Shown: positions 19,290-27,303 of the stretch, one piece after another
Layout of the letters: each line of letters starts with the position of its first letter
Numbering within the stretch: position 1 is the stretch's first letter
Origin: Rhodocyclales bacterium RIFCSPLOWO2_02_FULL_63_24
GTDB lineage: Bacteria; Pseudomonadota; Gammaproteobacteria; Burkholderiales; Rhodocyclaceae
Reading direction: 5' to 3'
NCBI GenBank assembly: GCA_001828935.1
Contig: MHZX01000067.1
Coordinates: 3,992-67,991 of the forward strand
Length of the DNA stretch: 64,000 nt
Position numbers and translations under genes: made by a program
The notes under the pieces: generated by a model
Seen by the model: the letters and a program-made list of their open reading frames with translations, nothing else
Told to the model about the DNA's origin: nothing
Database searches by the model: none

Positions 19290-21632
19290 ATGGGCGTCCT
19301 CGCCAAGGCGGTGCTGTTGTGCCTGTGTGCCACGCTGACGACGGCAGCGGCGGAACAAGGCGGCCGCCTGGATGTCGAGGCGCTGGCGTCGATCGGCGCC
19401 ATCGTCGAAGGCGAAATCCATGCAGGAAACCTGCCCGGCGCCGTCGTGGAGATCGGCCATCGCGGCCGGATCGTCTATCGCCAGGCCTTCGGCAACCGAA
19501 CCGTCGCGCCGGCGCCGCAGCCGATGACCGCGGACACGGTGTTCGACCTCGCGTCGCTGACCAAGGCGATCGCCACCACCACGGCGGTCCTGCAACTGGT
19601 CGAAGCGGGACGCCTGCGCCTGGACGCTGCGGTTGCCCACTACTGGCCGGCCTTCAAAGCCAATGACAAAGGGCCAATCACGGTGCGCCAGCTCTTGGCC
19701 CACAGCTCGGGTCTGCGTCCCGACCTCGACATGCGGGCGGACTGGTCCGGCTATGGCGCCGCGCTGAAGCTGATTGCTGCCGAGCGCCCGGTCGCGCCCG
19801 CCGGCAGCCGGGTCATCTACAGCGACATCAATTTCGCGGTGCTGGGCGAATTGGTACGGCGCGTCTCCGGCCTGTCTCTGGACGTGTATTGCCAGCGCCG
19901 CATTTTCGAGCCGCTGGGCATGCAGGACACGCGTTTTCGCCCGACGCCAGCGCTGCGCCAACGCGTTGCGCCAACTGGCTTTCGCGGTGGGCGGCTGCGC
20001 CAGGGTGAAGTGCACGATCCGATGGCGCGCCGCATGGGCGGCGTGGCCGGGCATGCCGGGCTGTTTGCCACCGCCGACGACCTTGCGTTATTTGCCCAGG
20101 CCCTGCTTGACGCGGGCATGGCGCATGGCGAGCGCATCCTGCGCGCGGACACGGTCGCCCGGCTGGGGCTGCCGCAACTGGCAGGCGCGCCGCAGTTGCG
20201 CGGGCTCGGCTGGCGCAGCGAAGCGCCCTTCGCCGCCAACCGTGACGAACTGCCGCCGGTCGGCGCCATCAGCCATTTCGGCTACACCGGCACCGCGCTG
20301 TGGATCGATCCGGTCAGCCAGACCTTCGTCATTGTCCTCAGCCACCGTGTGCACCCCGATGGCCGCGGCGACGCCGAGCCCTTGCGGCGGCAGATCGTCG
20401 CCGCGGTCGGTGCGGCCCTGGGCCCGCTGTCCTGGGCGCAAGTCTCGGCGGCGCAGCCGGTGCTGGCGCCCTATGCTAGCCTCCGGCCATTGCGCCGCGA
20501 GCCGCTGGCGACCGGCATCGACGTCCTCGCCGGTGCGGGTTTCGCACCGCTGGCGGGACGGCGCATCGGCCTCATCACCAATCACAGCGGTGTCGATGCG
20601 GCCGGACGCAGCAGCTTCGATCTGTTGCGTCGGGCGCCGGGCGTTCAGCTCGCCGCGCTGTTTACGCCCGAGCACGGCCGCAGCGGCGAGCTGGACACGC
20701 GCATCGCTTCCGCCACCGACGCCGCCAGCGGGCTGCCGATCTACAGCCTTTACGGCGCGACGCTGCGGCCGACACCGGACATGCTCGCCGGTCTCGACGC
20801 CCTGGTGTTCGACGTCCAGGATGCCGGCGCCCGTTTCTACACCTACATCACGACGATGGCGTACGCCATGGAAGCCGCGGCGGCGCAGGGCATTCCGTTC
20901 TATGTGCTGGACCGGCCCAATCCCCTGGGCGGCGAGGCGGTACAAGGGCCGCTGCTCGATCCCGAGCTGCGCTCCTTCACCGGCTATTTCCCGCTGCCGG
21001 TGCGTCATGGCATGACGGTCGGCGAACTCGCGCGGCTGTTCAACGCCGAGAACCGCATCGGCGCCCAACTGGAAGTAGTGACGATGCGCGGCTATCGTCG
21101 CGGCGACTGGTATGACCAGACCGGGCGCGCCTGGATCGCCCCTTCGCCCAACCTCCGTAGCCTTGACGCCGCCATCCTCTATCCGGGAGTCGGCATCATC
21201 GAGGGCGCCAGGCTGAGCGTAGGGCGCGGCACGGCGACCCCCTTCGAACTGGTCGGCGCTCCCTGGATCGACGCAGACGCACTGGCCCGCGCGCTCAACG
21301 CCCGCGCCATTCCCGGAGTGCGCTTCGAGGCTGCGAGCTTCACGCCGGCGGACAACCGCTACCGGCAACAACGCTGCCACGGCGTGCGCATCCATCTGCT
21401 CGACCGTGAGTCCCTCGACGCGCCCCTGCTCGGCATTGAACTCGCGCACGCGCTGCACTCGCTCTACCCGAAGAATTTCCAGCTCGATCGCATCCTCGGC
21501 TCGCTCGGGTCGCGCGCGACGCTGGAGGCGATTCGCGTCGGCGAGGACCCGCGTCGCGTCGCGGCGGCATGGCAGGACGCGCTCCTTCAGTTCCGCGAGG
21601 TGCGCGCGAAACATCTTCTCTATCGGGAATAG
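19290..21632 (+). CDS. Secreted fusion protein: beta-lactamase-fold serine hydrolase (AmiE/PBP-like) + DUF1343 (NamZ-type exo-beta-N-acetylmuramidase)
   Basis: 780 aa. Signal peptide. N-terminal half has SLTK (S-x-x-K) and HFGYTGT. C-terminal half (RRIGLITNHSGVD..., FDVQDAGARFYTY, DRPNPLGG, PSPN) matches my memory of YbbC/NamZ-family proteins. Confidence 0.75.
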   Translation: MGVLAKAVLLCLCATLTTAAAEQGGRLDVEALASIGAIVEGEIHAGNLPGAVVEIGHRGRIVYRQAFGNRTVAPAPQPMTADTVFDLASLTKAIATTTAVLQLVEAGRLRLDAAVAHYWPAFKANDKGPITVRQLLAHSSGLRPDLDMRADWSGYGAALKLIAAERPVAPAGSRVIYSDINFAVLGELVRRVSGLSLDVYCQRRIFEPLGMQDTRFRPTPALRQRVAPTGFRGGRLRQGEVHDPMARRMGGVAGHAGLFATADDLALFAQALLDAGMAHGERILRADTVARLGLPQLAGAPQLRGLGWRSEAPFAANRDELPPVGAISHFGYTGTALWIDPVSQTFVIVLSHRVHPDGRGDAEPLRRQIVAAVGAALGPLSWAQVSAAQPVLAPYASLRPLRREPLATGIDVLAGAGFAPLAGRRIGLITNHSGVDAAGRSSFDLLRRAPGVQLAALFTPEHGRSGELDTRIASATDAASGLPIYSLYGATLRPTPDMLAGLDALVFDVQDAGARFYTYITTMAYAMEAAAAQGIPFYVLDRPNPLGGEAVQGPLLDPELRSFTGYFPLPVRHGMTVGELARLFNAENRIGAQLEVVTMRGYRRGDWYDQTGRAWIAPSPNLRSLDAAILYPGVGIIEGARLSVGRGTATPFELVGAPWIDADALARALNARAIPGVRFEAASFTPADNRYRQQRCHGVRIHLLDRESLDAPLLGIELAHALHSLYPKNFQLDRILGSLGSRATLEAIRVGEDPRRVAAAWQDALLQFREVRAKHLLYRE

Positions 21633-21820
21633 CGCGCGGCAGCACGACGTTTGTCAGATCGGCCCTGGGGGCGAAGATTCTCGTGGTTCCGGATTCCTCT
21701 GTGGGTGGACGCAGAAACGCCCGAGGGCCGCTTTTGACAAAACCCATGCTTCGTTGCAAGGTGTCTCCGCCTAAGCGACAAATTTCGCGTTCGCGCAACC
21801 TTCAATTCAGGGAGAAGTTC

Positions 21821-22198
21821 ATGAGCACTCAAAAAATTGCCATCGTCGGCATGGGCCGTATCGGTTCCGCATTCTTCAAGCAGATGCGGGCGCGGCGCCA
21901 GCAGGGGATCGAACTACTCTGTGTCGCCGAAGTCAGCGATACGCCGGGCCGCAAGCAGGCGGTGGCGGAGGGAGTTCCGCTCCGCACGCTGGACGAGATA
22001 GTGGCTTTGGGCGGCGGCGTCGATGTGCTGTTCGATTTGACCGGCTTGCCGGCGGTGCGGCGCGAGTTGCGCGAAAAGATGTTGGCTGTCGGCAACCGCC
22101 ACACGGTGATCGCGTCGGAATCCATCGTTCGCGTGATCTGGTCGCTGATCACCGACGAAACGCTGCCGGAAATCGAAGGCCGCTCTACAGGCTATTGA
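21821..22198 (+). CDS. Stand-alone small Rossmann-fold (NAD(P)-binding-like) protein, function unknown
   Basis: 125 aa. KIAIVGMGRIGSAF glycine-rich loop. GGAG sits 6 nt upstream of the ATG. Codon third positions look coding-like. Confidence 0.55.
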   Translation: MSTQKIAIVGMGRIGSAFFKQMRARRQQGIELLCVAEVSDTPGRKQAVAEGVPLRTLDEIVALGGGVDVLFDLTGLPAVRRELREKMLAVGNRHTVIASESIVRVIWSLITDETLPEIEGRSTGY

Positions 22199-22211
22199 GC
22201 ATGGTCTGACG

Positions 22212-22499
22212 CTAATCGTCCTGCGCTTGTCCGCTGGGCGGGGGCTGACGGCCATCGGTCTGGACAACGCGCGTCGGCGCGGACTCGGTGGGAGTGTCTG
22301 TGCTGTCGCTAGATTGGGCCTGCGTCACGGACGAAGGTGCGTCGGGAGGGTTGCTTGCCTCCGGACTGGAAGCGGTCGCGGGCGCTGGCCGGGTCGCGGT
22401 TGGCGGCGGAATGTCGTCCTCGATACGTGCGCGCAATTGGAAATCGGCCAGGCTCCAGGCGATGCCAAGCAGGATGATGAGCCAGAGGAAGAGTCCCAT
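22212..22499 (-). CDS. Hypothetical membrane-anchored Pro/Ser/Thr-rich low-complexity protein
   Basis: 95 aa. One N-terminal TM (GLFLWLIILLGIAWSLADF), then a PPPTATRPAPATASSPEASNPPDAPSS... tail. Starts 13 nt after the dinB stop with no SD. Confidence 0.35.
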   Translation of the reverse strand: MGLFLWLIILLGIAWSLADFQLRARIEDDIPPPTATRPAPATASSPEASNPPDAPSSVTQAQSSDSTDTPTESAPTRVVQTDGRQPPPSGQAQDD

Positions 22500-22512
22500 T
22501 GCAGCACGATCG

Positions 22513-23679
22513 TCAACAAGCAGGTGCGGTGAGCGGCAGTTCGCCTTGCGCCGCTGCGGCCGTCACCGGTTGTGCGCTGCTTGCGGAGAGTGCGCTGGTA
22601 CGCACGCCGAGCAGGCGCAGCCTGCGCTCCAACGGCACGCGGCGCAGACACTCGCCCGCTGCGCGACGGATGGCGGCCGGGTCGGCCGTGGGATTGGGCA
22701 GCGTCAGATCGCGCGTCACCGTCTGGAAGTCCTCGAAGCGCAGTTTGATGCCGATAGTGCGGGCGAGATAGCCCTTGCGCTGGAGATCGCCTGCGACGCG
22801 GGTGCAAAGCGCGGTGAACACTTCGGACAGGGTGCTACGGTCATGGCGCGGATGGAGGTCGCGTTCGAAGGTGGTTTCCCGGCTGATTGATTTGGGTTCG
22901 GAATGCGTTACCACCGGTCGCTCGTCGATCCCATGCGAAGCCTGGTGCAACCATTCGGCGTAGCTGCGGCCGAAATGACTTTGGAGGAACGCCGGCTTCG
23001 CATGCGCGAGCTCGCCGATAGTGGCGATGCCAAGCGCCGCCAGCTTTTCGCCGGCTTTGGGGCCGATACCGTTGATCTTGCGTACCGGCAACGGCCAGAT
23101 GCGGCGCGGGATGTCGCTCTGGTCCAGGATCGTGAGTCCATCCGGTTTTTCGAGATCCGAGCAGATTTTTGACAGCAGCTTGTTGGGACTGATGCCGATC
23201 GAGCAGGAGAGTCCTGTGGCGTCCTTCACCGCGTGCTTGATGCGCCGCGCGAGAGCGAGGGTATCGTCGGGGAGGTCCGTCAGATCGATGTATATCTCGT
23301 CGATGCCACGGTCTTCTATCTGTGGCGCTATGGCCGCGACGGCCGTCTTGAACAGGCGTGAGTAATGGCGATAGGCATCGAAGTCGATTGGCAGCAGAAC
23401 GGCATCCGGGGCCAGTTGCGCCGCCTTCATGACGCCCATGCCGGAGAACACGCCGAGCGCACGCGCCTCGTAAGTCGAGGTCGTGATGACGCCGCGCCCG
23501 ACATAGTCACGCAGACGGGAAAACCGGCGGCTGCCGTCCGCCTGTTGTGTTGGCTGATGATCACGGCGTCCGCCGATCACCACTGGCAGGCCGCGCAGTT
23601 CGGGATAACGCAACAGATCGACCGACGCGTAGAAGGCGTCCATGTCGAGATGCGCAATGCGGCGGGCGGAGGTGATCAT
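22513..23679 (-). CDS. dinB: DNA polymerase IV (Y-family)
   Basis: 388 aa. IAHLDMDAFYASVDLL N-terminal catalytic motif with Y-family palm/fingers/little-finger layout. Confidence 0.95.
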   Translation of the reverse strand: MITSARRIAHLDMDAFYASVDLLRYPELRGLPVVIGGRRDHQPTQQADGSRRFSRLRDYVGRGVITTSTYEARALGVFSGMGVMKAAQLAPDAVLLPIDFDAYRHYSRLFKTAVAAIAPQIEDRGIDEIYIDLTDLPDDTLALARRIKHAVKDATGLSCSIGISPNKLLSKICSDLEKPDGLTILDQSDIPRRIWPLPVRKINGIGPKAGEKLAALGIATIGELAHAKPAFLQSHFGRSYAEWLHQASHGIDERPVVTHSEPKSISRETTFERDLHPRHDRSTLSEVFTALCTRVAGDLQRKGYLARTIGIKLRFEDFQTVTRDLTLPNPTADPAAIRRAAGECLRRVPLERRLRLLGVRTSALSASSAQPVTAAAAQGELPLTAPAC

Positions 23680-23783
23680 CGTGGCGCAAAGATACCGGAA
23701 AATCCGGGGACGACGATCGAGGCTTCGGTTTGGGCTAGGATTGGTACCTTGAGCAATACCGGAAACGGCATGGGGACTCTGCC

Positions 23784-24944
23784 ATGATCAATGAACTGCT
23801 GCCGACACTGACGACGAAGATCGCCGCCCTGCGTCGCGATATTCACGCGCATCCCGAGTTGGCCTTCGACGAACATCGTACCGCGGCGAAGGTTGCCGAC
23901 TATCTGGAAGGCCTGAAGCTGGAAGTCCATCGCGGGATCGCCCGCACCGGCGTGGTGGCAAAGCTCTCGCTGGGAACCAGCAAGCGCGCAATCGGGCTGC
24001 GGGCCGACATGGATGCGTTGCCCTTGGCGGAACTCAACACCTTTCCGCATCATTCGACGCACAAAGGAAAGATGCATGCCTGCGGCCACGACGGTCATAC
24101 GGCGATGCTGCTGGGCGCGGCCGAGGCTTTGAGCACGCTGCGCAATTTCGACGGCACCGTGTATTTCATTTTCCAGCCGGCGGAAGAACATGAGGGCGGC
24201 GGCCGGGTGATGGTGGAGGAGGGTTTGTTCGATCGTTTCCCTATGGGCATGGTGTTCGGACTGCACAATTGGCCGGGCATGCCGGCCGGCAGTTTCGGCG
24301 TTACCGAAGGCCCCGTGATGGCGGGTACCGATCGCTTCGAAATCGAGCTTACCGGACGCGGCGGCCACGCCGCGATGCCGCATCAGGCGGTGGATGTGGT
24401 GCTGGCCGGCAGCGCTCTGGTGCAGGCCCTGCAATCCCTGGTATCGCGCAACACGGACCCGTTGGCGGCGGCGGTGGTCAGCGTTACCCGTTTTCATGCC
24501 GGCCATGCGGACAATGTCCTGCCCGAGTCCGCCGTGCTCGGAGGGACGGTGCGCACGCTCAACGGCGAGTTGCAGGACGCGCTTGAACTCGGCTTGCGGC
24601 GCGTTTGCACCGGCATCGAGGCGACTTACGGCGTGAGCATCGATCTGCGCTACGAGCGCGGCTATCCGCCCACGGTCAATGCGCCTGATCCGAGCTTCAT
24701 CGCCCGCGAAGCGGCGCGGCAGGTGGTGGGTGACGGCCAAGTACTGACGCACCTGGCGCCGAGCATGGGCGCCGAGGATTTTGCCTACCTGGCACGGGTG
24801 GTGCCGGCCTGCTATGTCTGGTTGGGGAACGGCCCGGGTGAAGGCGGCTGCATGCTGCACAGCCCGCACTACGACTTCAACGACGAGATCATCGCCACCG
24901 GCATTCGTTACTGGGTGCGGTTGGCGGAGCGAGCGCTGGCGTAG
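23784..24944 (+). CDS. M20-family amidohydrolase (hippurate hydrolase / N-acyl-amino-acid amidohydrolase-like)
   Basis: 386 aa. RRDIHAHPELAFDE and MHACGHDGH metal-binding motifs. Confidence 0.85.
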   Translation: MINELLPTLTTKIAALRRDIHAHPELAFDEHRTAAKVADYLEGLKLEVHRGIARTGVVAKLSLGTSKRAIGLRADMDALPLAELNTFPHHSTHKGKMHACGHDGHTAMLLGAAEALSTLRNFDGTVYFIFQPAEEHEGGGRVMVEEGLFDRFPMGMVFGLHNWPGMPAGSFGVTEGPVMAGTDRFEIELTGRGGHAAMPHQAVDVVLAGSALVQALQSLVSRNTDPLAAAVVSVTRFHAGHADNVLPESAVLGGTVRTLNGELQDALELGLRRVCTGIEATYGVSIDLRYERGYPPTVNAPDPSFIAREAARQVVGDGQVLTHLAPSMGAEDFAYLARVVPACYVWLGNGPGEGGCMLHSPHYDFNDEIIATGIRYWVRLAERALA

Positions 24945-24970
24945 GGCTCAATTGTTGTCGCGGAAACAAC

Positions 24971-24993
24971 AACGGGCAGCCAGGCTGCCCGTT
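24971..24993. terminator. Hairpin between the convergent M20 hydrolase and efp genes (probable bidirectional terminator)
   Basis: AACGGGCAGCC-AGG... ACGGGCAG/CTGCCCGT stem. An adjacent AT-rich hairpin lies at 24952..24972. The T-tracts are weak. Confidence 0.5.
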
Positions 24994-25015
24994 GCTTTGC
25001 CGAAGTGAAACGCGA

Positions 25016-25573
25016 TTACTTGACGCGGTTCTTGTACTCGCCGGTACGCGTGTCGATTTCGATCTTGTTGCCGATCTCGACGAACAGCGGCACGGGCAGT
25101 TCCATGCCGGTGCTGATCTTGGCGGGCTTCATGACCTTGCCCGAGGTGTCACCCTTGACTGCGGGCTCGGTGTAGATCACTTCGCGCACCACGCTGTTGG
25201 GCATTTCCACCGAAATCGCCTTGCCGTCGTAGAACACCACTTCGACCGGCATGCCGTCCTCGAGGTAGTTCACCGCATCGCTCATGTTTTCGCCTTCGAC
25301 TTCGTACTGGTTGTACTCGGCGTCCATGAACACGTACATGGGGTCGGCGAAATAGGAGTAGGTGCATTCCTTGCGGTCGGGCACCACCTGCTCGAACTTG
25401 TCGTCGGCTTTGTAGATGGCCTCTGACGCAGCGTCGGTGAGCAGATTCTTGAACTTGAACTTGACGACCGCCGAACTGCGGCCGCCTTTGCTGTATTCGG
25501 CTTTTTGCACGACGAGTGGTTCGTTGCCGACCATAATGACGTTGCCGGCACGGAGTTCCTGGGCGATTTTCAT
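25016..25573 (-). CDS. efp: Elongation factor P (Arg32 type)
   Basis: 185 aa. The loop [17 protein letters not shown] places Arg at position 32 where E. coli EF-P has Lys34. Confidence 0.95.
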   Translation of the reverse strand: MKIAQELRAGNVIMVGNEPLVVQKAEYSKGGRSSAVVKFKFKNLLTDAASEAIYKADDKFEQVVPDRKECTYSYFADPMYVFMDAEYNQYEVEGENMSDAVNYLEDGMPVEVVFYDGKAISVEMPNSVVREVIYTEPAVKGDTSGKVMKPAKISTGMELPVPLFVEIGNKIEIDTRTGEYKNRVK

Positions 25574-25607
25574 GGCAGTGCTTCCTGAAGCGAAAATTAA
25601 TAACCCG

Positions 25608-26651
25608 CTATTTTAGCCTTTCAAGGCAGAACTGCACAAGCCTGCTGGCAAGATCGGGGCGCGCGGCGAGTGTTATTGCCCATTGTTGCGAAGCTTCTTC
25701 CAGACCGGGCAGGCGGGCGGCAAAATCGGGCCAGTCAGGCGTGCCAACGCCATTCCATGCGTGCCAGAAGGCTTTCAATTGCGCTCCGGCGGGATGAATA
25801 TCCAGGAAGGCATCCAGTTTGGCGCGGTGGGCGTCGTCGGCTTGCGGATAAATGTGCCAGACGAAAGATTTGGCGGCCCACTGGGCGCGGACAAAAGATT
25901 CCTCGCCGCGGACAAAGTTGAGGTCGCAGGCCCAGAGCAGTTCGTCGTAGCGTGTCTGGGGCAGGAAGGGCAGGGGATGGACGCTCAGATTGCCGCGTAT
26001 CCAGGCGGCCTCGCTGTTGCCTGGCCGCAGCAACCGGATCGGTCGCTCCGCGTCGGCCCAGGCTCTGAGTAATTCCGGCAACGCGGGGTTTTCGTAACTG
26101 AACAATGAAATCGTCAGTTCGTCCGGTAATTTGGCGGGCAGGCCGAACTCGGTGCGGAAGGCCGTTTCGTCGAAAGCCTTGCAACGCGCGTCGTAGTCTC
26201 GCTCGCGCAGCAGCCCGCCAGTGCCGTCGGAGAACCCGGGAAAGAAGAAGTGCTTGACCAGCGGCAGGCGCGGGTGCGGCGAGGGCAGGCCGTGACAGCC
26301 GGCAACCCAGCGTTCGGCCGAGAGGTATTCGAGATTGACCCAGACCGGTGGCTGGCTGCGGGCCGCCATGGCGTCCACGTAAATCGGCGGCAGTTCGCAG
26401 CCGAAGGCTTCGATCACCACATCGGCGGGTTCGGTGGCCAGCCACGGCGTGGGCCACGGTTGCACTTCAACCGGACTGGCGGCGTAATCCGGCGCGAGTC
26501 GCTGCAAGGGGGCCAGATCGTCGATCCATAGCCGCATCCGCCAACCGTATTCGTCGGCCAATTGGCGTGCCAGACGCCAGCAGACTGCGGCATCGCCATA
26601 GTTGTCGATGACGGTGCAGAAAATGTCGCAGCGCGTTGGATTGTTGGTCAT
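25608..26651 (-). CDS. earP: EF-P arginine-32 rhamnosyltransferase EarP (DUF2331)
   Basis: 347 aa from [31 protein letters not shown] (signature N-terminus). Located immediately downstream of an Arg32 efp. Confidence 0.85.
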   Translation of the reverse strand: MTNNPTRCDIFCTVIDNYGDAAVCWRLARQLADEYGWRMRLWIDDLAPLQRLAPDYAASPVEVQPWPTPWLATEPADVVIEAFGCELPPIYVDAMAARSQPPVWVNLEYLSAERWVAGCHGLPSPHPRLPLVKHFFFPGFSDGTGGLLRERDYDARCKAFDETAFRTEFGLPAKLPDELTISLFSYENPALPELLRAWADAERPIRLLRPGNSEAAWIRGNLSVHPLPFLPQTRYDELLWACDLNFVRGEESFVRAQWAAKSFVWHIYPQADDAHRAKLDAFLDIHPAGAQLKAFWHAWNGVGTPDWPDFAARLPGLEEASQQWAITLAARPDLASRLVQFCLERLK

Positions 26652-26673
26652 GGCGAGGCGGTATCCTAGCCGA

Positions 26674-27303
26674 ATGAACGCACTATTACGTTGTACCGAC
26701 TGTCCGCGGCTGGCAGGTTTCCTCGCCGCTGTGCGCAGTCGCAACCCCGACTATCACGCCCGTCCTGTGCTGCCCTTCGGCGATCCGCGGGCTCGCCTGC
26801 TGATCGTTGGCCTGGCGCCCGGCATGCACGGCGCGAATCGTACGGGCAGGCCTTTTACCGGCGACTATGCGGGCATCCTGCTCTATGAAACACTGCATGC
26901 CTTTGGTTTCGGCTCGAAGCCGGTATCGCTGGCCGCAGACGATGACCTGCGGCTCTCCGATTGCCGCATCACCAATGCAGTGAAATGCTTGCCACCGGAA
27001 AACAAGCCGGAGCCGGCCGAGATCAGGACCTGCAACCATTACTTGGCGGCCGAGTTGAGAAATTCGCCCGACGTCCGGGTGATCCTTGCGCTTGGGCTGG
27101 TGGCGCACAAGGCGGTGCTGATGGCGCTGGGGCTCAAGCAGTCGGCGTTGGTCTTCGGCCATGGTGAACGCCATGTCTTGCCCGACGGCCGCATCCTGAT
27201 CGACAGTTACCACTGCAGCCGCTACAACACCCAGACTCGCCGTCTCACCAGCGCCGACTTCCAGAATGTCTTCCACAAGATCCGTGATGAGCTCGATGCC
27301 TAA
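26674..27303 (+). CDS. Uracil-DNA glycosylase superfamily protein (family 4/5; the GLAPG motif is most like family 5 UdgB)
   Basis: 209 aa from MNALLRCTDCPRL. Motif LLIVGLAPGMHGANRTGRPFTGD. C-terminal HCSRYN motif. Confidence 0.75.
   Translation: MNALLRCTDCPRLAGFLAAVRSRNPDYHARPVLPFGDPRARLLIVGLAPGMHGANRTGRPFTGDYAGILLYETLHAFGFGSKPVSLAADDDLRLSDCRITNAVKCLPPENKPEPAEIRTCNHYLAAELRNSPDVRVILALGLVAHKAVLMALGLKQSALVFGHGERHVLPDGRILIDSYHCSRYNTQTRRLTSADFQNVFHKIRDELDA

Noticed and set aside
21633-21820. Possible c-di-GMP (GEMM-I-like) riboswitch or terminator upstream of the small Rossmann gene, prompted by GGACGCAGAAACGCCC.
   Set aside because: I could not build the two-hairpin GEMM architecture with the tetraloop and receptor, nor a convincing stem before the TTTT. 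The resemblance is limited to a few nucleotides.
23691-23764. Direct repeat ATACCGGAAA (two copies 64 bp apart) in the dinB / M20-hydrolase divergent region as a regulator site.
   Set aside because: It is only 10 bp in two copies, with no palindromic symmetry and no known motif match. It could easily be chance.
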